Below are positions 17,201 through 21,809 of a DNA stretch of 32,000 bases, in pieces. Numbering within the stretch: position 1 is the first letter of the stretch; every line of letters begins with the position of its first letter. Below the pieces are notes generated by a model. It ran no database searches. It was given only the letters and a program-made list of their open reading frames with translations, and was not told where the DNA came from. Source of the stretch: Ferroglobus placidus DSM 10642 (GTDB taxonomy: Archaea; Halobacteriota; Archaeoglobi; Archaeoglobales; Archaeoglobaceae); contig NC_013849.1 of assembly GCF_000025505.1 (NCBI RefSeq), positions 480,001 through 512,000 on the forward strand, written 5' to 3'. Both the position numbers and the translations under genes were made by a program.

Positions 17201-17330
17201 GCCAGTAGTGCTCAACCTCCCTGTATCCCTCCGGTATATCGGCGGACAGCTTTACATTTACACCTCTCAGATCCTCCATTGTAAAGTCAGGTACCTCTTT
17301 CTTTCGGCGGAAGGGAAGTGGAAATTTCAT
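14244..17330 (-). CDS. FlaI/PilB/VirB11-family secretion ATPase fused to an acidic low-complexity region and a C-terminal Myb/GcrA-like HTH
   Basis: aa 1-520 carry the family motifs: YALLEPDLTNKE (FlaI-type N-domain), Walker A GGTAAGKTT (aa 286-294), SIEDTREV (Asp box), EYIIVGEVRG (Walker B) and HTCLSTVHG (His box).
aa 523-932 are E/G/V/A-rich low complexity.
aa 934-980 read RKWTDEEIQELIELYTQGKPLREIAESLNRSYSAVKTKIRDMKKEG.
The ATG 17330 start appears leaderless, 20 nt downstream of AAAGTTATATAC. Confidence 0.9.
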   Translation of the reverse strand: MKFPLPFRRKKEVPDFTMEDLRGVNVKLSADIPEGYREVEHYWLEMPFAAAQILTDGKGYFYALLEPDLTNKEVEFLQDLKERVLERVPLHASEDDRETLFEAFKEVILTELPTKREHKRKREHEPEQELKLELETIAKMWYYLERDCIYAGRITPLLKDRFIEDISCSGYNKPVFVYHSLYESIPTNIVMSNEELDDFVLAVAQRRGIEISMANPIADTTLYDGSRVQLTFRSEVTDHGSTFTVRKVKKTPVTPVDLVRWNSFSAEELALLWLCLESNGSMLFVGGTAAGKTTAMNATALFIPYHSKVVSIEDTREVLLPHKNWIPSVATDRIDMFALLKAALRQRPEYIIVGEVRGKEVEIMFQAMALGHTCLSTVHGSSAEAVINRLMSPPYSVPRAMILNLDLVVVVGSFRRGDRVFRRCSGIWLVGEEEGAGEGGEIAGVRAGEGIKLTPLFRWDGPRDLHRKLDLSGILHRISERTGRSREELVKDLERRTRLIRRLAEEGADYRRFFERIHLGRVAESVGVAGVESTSESAEPAESITELSVEAAELAGAEGLAGAESAEIAEGVGSEESLQGLSVDDLEGLEGMVGAEGDREEGQEEAGEGEVWEGKEGEVREGEVVGTEVEGARVTEAEVGEEVEVADVGAEVGTEEVGTGVEVGEVVGEGVEAAEVGEGAEIGEVGTEVVVGKAEIGSEVGTEEVGTEAETEGEVEVKEEDTAWVREVGVAEGESEAVACREVDEGVVGEGGEMGDVKEVERTAAGVAETLDVGEAEEVREAEEEEEVEGSEKVEEVGKVEGVEVSEEVGREEIGEVRMREEEREEEKKKEEEWMEILRAVESELMEEEEGVVSAVQQEAVDRVGGAGGVEDEAAGTGSEGEAETGGVEEAGRAGSVDAETEEAVEVTETEEAVEAGERREGESERSEAGSGVRKWTDEEIQELIELYTQGKPLREIAESLNRSYSAVKTKIRDMKKEGVIEGRKREGGKGDNLSEDRAESEGQDVPSVGQEESEEQERQEGLGEERW
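14427..14531 (-). repeat. HTH-module copy 1 (one arm of a 105-nt inverted duplication)
   Basis: The reverse complement matches 17825-17929 at 89 of 105 nt in a codon-by-codon count. A perfect 32-nt core lies at 14440-14471. Confidence 0.85.
14535..15764 (-). repeat. Imperfect tandem/low-complexity coding repeats (acidic E/G/V/A region)
   Basis: The + strand is roughly 80 percent pyrimidine over about 1.2 kb by eye, with recurring cctctgtccctacctcc units (EVGTE-type peptide repeats on the - strand). It produces the spurious P/L-rich antisense ORF 15020..15691. Confidence 0.8.
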
Positions 17331-17431
17331 ACTACTACATTGTGCTAATAGTATATAACTTTATCACTCACAAGTATTATATGCTTCCATGACAAGTTAA
17401 GGTGAGGTAGGGGTTAAGGTAGGGTGATAAA
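17331..17431. promoter_or_regulatory. Divergent promoter region between the ATPase operon and the regulator gene
   Basis: Two TATA-like boxes: gtatataacttt (17351-17362, read on the - strand as AAAGTTATATAC) and agtattatatgc (about 17382-17393, + strand). GGGTGAT SD precedes ATG 17432. Confidence 0.55.
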
Positions 17432-18034
17432 ATGGGTAAGACTGATGTGAGCGAGCAGGCCAAGGTAGACGTTGAGTTTGGCTGTTTTCAAGACTTCCAG
17501 GACTACAGGTGTGGGGGTAGGGATTGCAGGGATTGTACTTTCCGGGAAGATTGTGTAGAGCTGAAGGTTAGAGAGATCACGAGAATAATTCTTCAGACTG
17601 AGGAAAGGGTACCGAGCGGCGTTCTCGCCACAATCTTCAACGTACCAGAACAGCTTGTCAAAAAAATAAGGAGCTATGTTGAGCGGGAGATTGTCAGAAA
17701 GAAGATACTGGGAGAAAAGGCAAAACAGTGGCAGACCGCCCAGGCAGAGCATAGACAGGCTACCAAGCAAGAAGAGGAGACAAAGCGGAGAAAAAACCCC
17801 AGGGCAAAAACAAAGGCAAAGGTGAGGAGGTGGACATACGAGGAGACCCAGAAGCTGATTGAGCTTTACACGCAGGGAAAACCACTGCGGGAGATTGCAG
17901 AATCGCTCAACAGGAGTTACAGAGCAGTGGAAAAAAGGCTGTACAAACTGAGAGAGGAAGGGGTAGTGGGGGTTAGAGTGGGGGGTGGTGGGAAAGAGGG
18001 AGGAGGTGTGGGTGGGGGTGTGGGAGGTGCATGA
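17432..18034 (+). CDS. Putative transcription regulator: Cys-rich N-terminus plus Myb/GcrA-like HTH plus Gly-rich tail
   Basis: The N-terminus is CFQDFQDYRCGGRDCRDCTFREDC. The C-terminal module RRWTYEETQKLIELYTQGKPLREIAESLNRSYRAVEKRLYKLREEG is nearly identical to the ATPase C-terminus. The tail is GGGGKEGGGVGGGVGGA. Confidence 0.6.
   Translation: MGKTDVSEQAKVDVEFGCFQDFQDYRCGGRDCRDCTFREDCVELKVREITRIILQTEERVPSGVLATIFNVPEQLVKKIRSYVEREIVRKKILGEKAKQWQTAQAEHRQATKQEEETKRRKNPRAKTKAKVRRWTYEETQKLIELYTQGKPLREIAESLNRSYRAVEKRLYKLREEGVVGVRVGGGGKEGGGVGGGVGGA
17825..17929 (+). repeat. HTH-module copy 2 (other arm of the inverted duplication)
   Basis: See 14427-14531. The perfect 32-nt core ctgcgggagattgcagaatcgctcaacaggag lies at 17885-17916. 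Confidence 0.85.
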
Positions 18035-18096
18035 TGCAAAAAGTGGTGCTGAAGGAAAAGAAGGAGGGAGAGAGGAAGAGGAGGAGGTGAGGTAAG

Positions 18097-19047
18097 ATGA
18101 GGATGTGGATACTGGTTGTGCTTGGTCTTGTTGCAGGGATTGCTGCAGGATATGCTGCAGGAGTTATGGTAGGGATGGGAGGAAAGCAGGTTTGCACATG
18201 GAATGCAGGATCTGGTACTGGCACAGCGATCTCAGAACAGCAGCTAAACAAAACCGTCGAGAAGGTCGTTAAAACTCTCCAGTCTCTTATTCCTGTGAAT
18301 GTGAGCGTGAGAGCCACGAAAGTTGAACCCTACGGCAAGCTATACCTTCTGAACCTGGAGTTCTACAACAAGAGTGGAGTGATTGCAACACAGCAAATGT
18401 TCATGGTAGGTAATGGATCAATGCTGTTATCCAGCAGCCCATCGTGTGCGGTAAACATATCCGAGCTATCAGCCCGGGCCCAGCAAACTCCATCAGCCCA
18501 GGCAGCTGTGAATGTAAGTGCAGATGACGATCCGTGGAGGGGTAACGAAAGCGCAAGTGTTGTGATCATCGAATTCTCCGATTACGCCTGCCCATACTGT
18601 GCAGAATTTGCCAATGATGTTGAACCGAAGATACTGGATAATTATGGGGATAGGGTGAAGATAGTTTTCAGGGACTTCCCCGTGCACGGTGAGATATCCT
18701 ACCTCGCAGCAGAGGCTGCAGACTGTGCCGGTGAGCAGGGTGTGAAGGAGGGGCAGGGCTGGAGCAAATACTGGGAGTACCACGACCTGCTGTTTGCAAA
18801 CCAGCAGGAGTGGATTGAGAACACAACAAAACTGTATGATTATGCAAAACAGATCGGTTTGAACACAACAGCCTTCAAAGCCTGCCTGGATTCCGGAAAA
18901 TACAGATCGGAGGTTGAGAAAGACCTGCAGGATGGCAGAAATTATGGGGTAACTGGCACACCGACATTCTTCATCAACGGCCAGAAGGTTGAGGGATTAA
19001 CGCCATACGAGGTGTTCGCCAGGTTCATTGAACAGGAGCTCAAATAA
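18097..19047 (+). CDS. Membrane-anchored DsbA-family thiol:disulfide oxidoreductase
   Basis: It has an N-terminal TM anchor (MRMWILVVLGLVAGIAAGYAAGVMVG). The thioredoxin fold carries IIEFSDYACPYCAEF (a CPYC active site), and GVTGTPTFFINGQ fits the cis-Pro loop region. Confidence 0.85.
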   Translation: MRMWILVVLGLVAGIAAGYAAGVMVGMGGKQVCTWNAGSGTGTAISEQQLNKTVEKVVKTLQSLIPVNVSVRATKVEPYGKLYLLNLEFYNKSGVIATQQMFMVGNGSMLLSSSPSCAVNISELSARAQQTPSAQAAVNVSADDDPWRGNESASVVIIEFSDYACPYCAEFANDVEPKILDNYGDRVKIVFRDFPVHGEISYLAAEAADCAGEQGVKEGQGWSKYWEYHDLLFANQQEWIENTTKLYDYAKQIGLNTTAFKACLDSGKYRSEVEKDLQDGRNYGVTGTPTFFINGQKVEGLTPYEVFARFIEQELK

Positions 19048-19073
19048 TATTTTTTATATTTTTAAGTGAAAAC

Positions 19074-19739
19074 ATGAAGGTAGGGTTGTGGAGGAGAATT
19101 ACAAGGACATTCAAAGCAAATAGCAAGAAGAGAGAAAGGGAAGGGGAGAACGAAGGGAGAGAAGAAAGCGGGTATGAAGGAGGAAGTGGAGAAGAAAGAA
19201 GAGAAGAGAGAATGAGGGGACAGAGAATGATGAGGCAAAAGATGAGGGATGAAATTGTAAGGAGGGTTAGAGACTGGCTTGTTGAAGAGGGAATATACAA
19301 GGACAGGGTTACAGATGAGAATGCTGACCACCACTTCATTGCAGAAGTCCCACCCAGCTCAGGACAGCTTATCGACATCATCTTTCCAAAAAGCAGAGAG
19401 GATCTGGTGGCCATCGTTTCAGGTGTAAAGCTGAGCGATGAACACCACGCCCGGCTGATGAGCTTAAAAGCTGAGAAAAGGGATGAAATTCTCTGGAAGA
19501 TGAGATTTGACCTGCTCTTTCTCCCGACCGGATTCCAGATTCTTCCTTCTGCCGAGAACCCGCAGATTTTCCAGTTCGTCAGAGAGCTTTACTTTGATGG
19601 GCTGAACAAAAATCTATTCATAGAGGCTGTGAATCAGGTTTACCGCTGCAAGCTCTTTGTGATCTGGACAATGCAGAGACTTTTTGGAAATAACGCGGCA
19701 TCGGTGTCAGCATCTGCACACGACTCAATGTTTCTCTAA
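19074..19739 (+). CDS. Conserved-looking hypothetical protein (possibly the archaeal DUF2299/YbjN-like family; unverified)
   Basis: A K/E/R/G-rich N-terminal 55 aa may be 5' leader instead, since internal ATGs occur up to 19242. The core is IVRRVRDWLVEEGIYKDRVTDENADHHFIAEV...YFDGLNKNLFIEAVNQVYRCKLFVIW. The family assignment is from memory only. Confidence 0.5.
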   Translation: MKVGLWRRITRTFKANSKKREREGENEGREESGYEGGSGEERREERMRGQRMMRQKMRDEIVRRVRDWLVEEGIYKDRVTDENADHHFIAEVPPSSGQLIDIIFPKSREDLVAIVSGVKLSDEHHARLMSLKAEKRDEILWKMRFDLLFLPTGFQILPSAENPQIFQFVRELYFDGLNKNLFIEAVNQVYRCKLFVIWTMQRLFGNNAASVSASAHDSMFL

Positions 19740-19762
19740 TCAGCTGAACTCAGGCATGAGGA

Positions 19763-19784
19763 TGTGATGTGAGTGTGATGTGAG
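19763..19784 (+). repeat. Perfect 11-bp tandem duplication immediately upstream of ATG 19791
   Basis: tgtgatgtgag occurs twice in tandem (19763-19773 and 19774-19784). It is GTGA-rich and SD-like. Confidence 0.9.
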
Positions 19785-19790
19785 GGATTT

Positions 19791-20267
19791 ATGACGTGGT
19801 CTCACGGGTACTTCTGCCCAAAATGCGAGTGCAGGTGGGTAAAACACCTGTGTCGGGATCTACTCCCATGTGGCTGTGGGATTAGGATAGAGGATGCTGT
19901 CTACATCTACACAAAGCGGTATGCAAGGGCGGGCATGGAAATACACATAGCTTTCAAGGGATACGTGCTGGAAGACTTCATACCACGTGAGGAGAGCTAT
20001 GAGGATGCAGTAAAAAGGCTTTACAGGAAAGTGGAGGAGGATTTGCGTCGGCATCCTGGTCTGGATGCATCTACGCTCAAAAAAGCCATAGACAATGCGC
20101 TGTTCGGGAGAAGCCTCAACCTAGGGGATTGGCCAGAGAGATGCGGGAAGTGCGAGCATTTCAATAGTGTGTATGACAGAAAGAAGTGTGAGATTCACGA
20201 CTGGTGCTCGGTGGGCTGTAAAGACTTCTTAAAAAGAGAAGATGGGAGTTTGGATTCGGTGCCCTAA
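19791..20267 (+). CDS. Cys-rich hypothetical protein (158 aa)
   Basis: It has several CxxC-type pairs (CPKCECRW..C..CGC; CGKCEHF..C..C..GC). It lies between the DsbA and VKOR-like genes. No family recognised. Confidence 0.5.
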   Translation: MTWSHGYFCPKCECRWVKHLCRDLLPCGCGIRIEDAVYIYTKRYARAGMEIHIAFKGYVLEDFIPREESYEDAVKRLYRKVEEDLRRHPGLDASTLKKAIDNALFGRSLNLGDWPERCGKCEHFNSVYDRKKCEIHDWCSVGCKDFLKREDGSLDSVP

Positions 20268-20276
20268 TCCATAGAG

Positions 20277-20662
20277 GTGGTTTTATTGCAAGGTTTGTCA
20301 AGGCAAAGAGTGAAAAGGATAGTCTGGATCCTGATAGCTGCCGGTCTGATTGATTCAGCCTACCTGCTCTACATCAACATCCTCAACACCTGCTCCTTTA
20401 ATGTGTGCTCCCTCTCACCTCTGCCCCCTCAGTACCTCAGTACCTGCCAGCTCTTCTTGGTTTGCTGTGGTTCTCCTTCTCCGTGTCCATCTTCAGCAAA
20501 AAGGTGCCGAGAATTCTGCTGGAAGCGTGGAGGGTTAGCGGAGTTGCTGGAGCCTCTTTCCTCGGGACCTACGCCCTCCTGAGCCACTACTACTGTCCAC
20601 TCTGTTTCACCGCATATGCAATTGGCCTCCTTCTTATCTGGCTTTCAAGACACGTTCAATGA
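20277..20662 (+). pseudogene. VKOR/DsbB-like membrane thiol oxidoreductase split by a +8 frameshift
   Basis: ORFs 20277..20582 and 20405..20662 are the two halves of one gene. Deleting one copy of the 8-bp duplication gives a continuous ~126-aa, 4-TM protein.
Restored sequence: ..RIVWILIAAGLIDSAYLLYINILNTCSFNVCSLSPLPPQYLPALLGLLWFSFSV..GASFLGTYALLSHYYCPLCFTAYAIGLLLIW.
It has a loop Cys pair and CPLC at the start of the last TM helix, the VKOR-like layout. It lies near the DsbA gene. Confidence 0.55.
20430..20445 (+). repeat. Perfect 8-bp tandem duplication (cagtacct x2) causing the frameshift
   Basis: Read directly: 20430-20437 cagtacct and 20438-20445 cagtacct. Confidence 0.95.
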
Positions 20663-20750
20663 TCATCCTTTTATTAACAATTCTCACACTAACCGGATCG
20701 CCCTCCTCAACTCCGAGCAGTTTCCTGATCTGCCTGCCGATATACAACAA
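20634..20750 (-). pseudogene. Remnant of an AbrB/SpoVT-type (VapB-like) antitoxin, C-terminal half only
   Basis: The 38-codon frame LLYIGRQIRKLLGVEEGDPVSVRIVNKRMIIERVLKAR resembles the second half of a looped-hinge-helix domain (..IPKEIRKKLGIKEGDKV..). A stop lies directly upstream. It overlaps the VKOR-like 3' end. Confidence 0.25.
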
Positions 20751-20787
20751 ATAACTTTAATTTCGAGTTGAGTTTCTAAACCAATAT

Positions 20788-20952
20788 CTATTTTAAAACC
20801 CTCCATACCCTCACAACCTCTGCCTTGGCTGGCTTTCCTTCAACAAAAATTTCTATAGCTCTATGCTTTCCCGTTTGGTGGATTAGCCTTGGCTTTGACA
20901 CCTTTCTGCCAACACACCTGATCTTCTCCCCTTCAATCCTCTGGTTCGACAT
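20788..20952 (-). CDS. Small ORF (54 aa) overlapping the 3' end of the RHH gene; possible toxin-like partner or remnant
   Basis: ATG 20952 overlaps the RHH gene by 20 nt. Product: MSNQRIEGEKIRCVGRKVSKPRLIHQTGKHRAIEIFVEGKPAKAEVVRVWRVLK. It falls below the ORF-track cut-off. No family recognised. Confidence 0.2.
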   Translation of the reverse strand: MSNQRIEGEKIRCVGRKVSKPRLIHQTGKHRAIEIFVEGKPAKAEVVRVWRVLK

Positions 20953-21253
20953 ATCCCTCCTCCCACAGCTCCAAAAGAATGTCGTTCACAAGGCTGAGAT
21001 CAATTCTCAATGCATCGGCAATTTCATCAGCCCGGATTCTCTCCTTTCCCGTGATAAATTCAATAATTTCCCTCTTTGCCTGTTCTCTCGGGATGTCTCT
21101 GAGTTCAACCACCTCAAGCCCCCTCAGTTCCTCAGCGTAATGCCTGATTGCCTCTCTGATTGCCTCAGCCTTGGATATCTTCAGTTTTTTAATGATGATG
21201 TCGAGTTCTTTCTCAACTTCCGTTAAGTCCACGGGATAAACATACCTCTGCAT
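20933..21253 (-). CDS. Ribbon-helix-helix (CopG/antitoxin-like) plus winged-HTH DNA-binding protein
   Basis: ORF-track 20933..21298, trimmed to ATG 21253. That start lies about 24 nt downstream of TTTTTATACC (21273-21282), so the mRNA is probably leaderless. The RHH part is VDLTEVEKELDIIIKKLKISKAEAIREAIRHY. The wHTH-like part is ADEIADALRIDLSLVNDILLELWEEGYVE. Confidence 0.7.
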   Translation of the reverse strand: MQRYVYPVDLTEVEKELDIIIKKLKISKAEAIREAIRHYAEELRGLEVVELRDIPREQAKREIIEFITGKERIRADEIADALRIDLSLVNDILLELWEEGYVEPED

Positions 21254-21596
21254 GGTATAAGTCGTATAGATTGGTATAAAAACTTGTTGGTTTGACAATT
21301 TGTTTTGGTGCTTTTATTTTTCTACAAGTTAATTAAAAATTCTCAAACTAAATCAAAGAAGTGCAATTACTGTGAGGTGCGGAAACTCTGTTAGAGCTGC
21401 GAAATGCCTCAAATACGGTTAGAAGTCCTGTATTATTTAGACCCAATATATCTAAAGTTCAAACTAAATATCTGCCCTATTTTCTTTGATAGTTCTGCTT
21501 TCCATTAGATAATGGATTTCAGGAATAAAAATTGCATTATCGCTGTTCTTCTGCTTCTCGAACTACTTTGAAGGGATATATTGGCAGATATAGCTG

Positions 21597-21634
21597 GAAG
21601 TCCTTTTTAAATATGCATGCATTTTCAGGACTTC
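21597..21634 (+). promoter_or_regulatory. 38-bp palindrome-flanked TATA element, copy A
   Basis: GAAGTCCT-ttttaaatatgcatgcattttc-AGGACTTC (8+22+8). In a 39-nt alignment that adds one downstream base, 26 positions match copy B at 26987-27024. A half-site GAAGTCCT also occurs at 21422-21429. Confidence 0.5.
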
Positions 21635-21698
21635 AGGGAGGCTCTGGAAAAAAGATATATACGGGTAGTGTTAATTTTATTGAGACATTTTAGGTGGT

Positions 21699-21778
21699 GT
21701 AGAAAAGCAGGTATCCTGAAAATGGATATTGAAAGCCATATACAACCGTGTACTAACTCAAGCAGAAATCATTGAAAG
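21699..21778 (+). repeat. Solitary CRISPR-repeat-like unit plus a truncated second copy (possible one-spacer mini-array)
   Basis: The 37-mer gtagaaaagcaggtatcctgaaaatggatattgaaag (21699-21735) ends in ATTGAAAG, the terminus typical of many archaeal type I/III repeats. A second aagcag..attgaaag ends at 21778, with its ATTGAAAG 43 nt downstream of the first. The unit starts 64 nt downstream of palindrome copy A. It is weak on its own. Confidence 0.25.
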
Positions 21779-21809
21779 TGCAATGGAATACGAATTGCGA
21801 GCTGAACGT

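Larger units (their letters stand above)
1..20662. mobile_element. Probable integrated plasmid/virus-like element, partial; both boundaries unknown
   Basis: Dense co-directional ORFans with overlapping stops and starts. Carries an HNH nuclease, RNase HI-SWIM, a ligase-like enzyme, its own type IV pilus-like operon, low-complexity protein inserts and several short tandem duplications. Gene remnants lie at 20.6-21.3 kb. No integrase, Rep or att repeat was seen in the window, so this is inference. Confidence 0.35.

Noticed and set aside
20405-20662. 85-aa ORF as an independent gene
   Set aside because: It begins at an internal GTG and continues the VKOR-like topology of 20277..20582 exactly once one 8-bp repeat unit is removed. 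I treat the two as a single frameshifted gene.
21440-21780. Possible fully decayed CRISPR array. GATAT/ATGGAT-containing motifs recur every 60-76 bp (21443, 21507, 21567, 21643, 21713, 21756).
   Set aside because: The matches are short and AT-rich, so they could arise by chance in this AT-rich DNA. The palindromic promoter element also sits in the middle of the supposed array. Only the 37-mer at 21699-21735 and the second ATTGAAAG are reported, at low confidence.
21350-21784. Imperfect 18/19-nt direct repeats (aaatcaaagaagtgcaat at 21350-21367; aaatcattgaaagtgcaat at 21766-21784) flanking about 400 bp, as possible target-site duplication of a small insertion
   Set aside because: Only 16 positions match, with an indel. 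There are no terminal inverted repeats just inside. The right copy overlaps the ATTGAAAG repeat-like unit. The evidence is insufficient.
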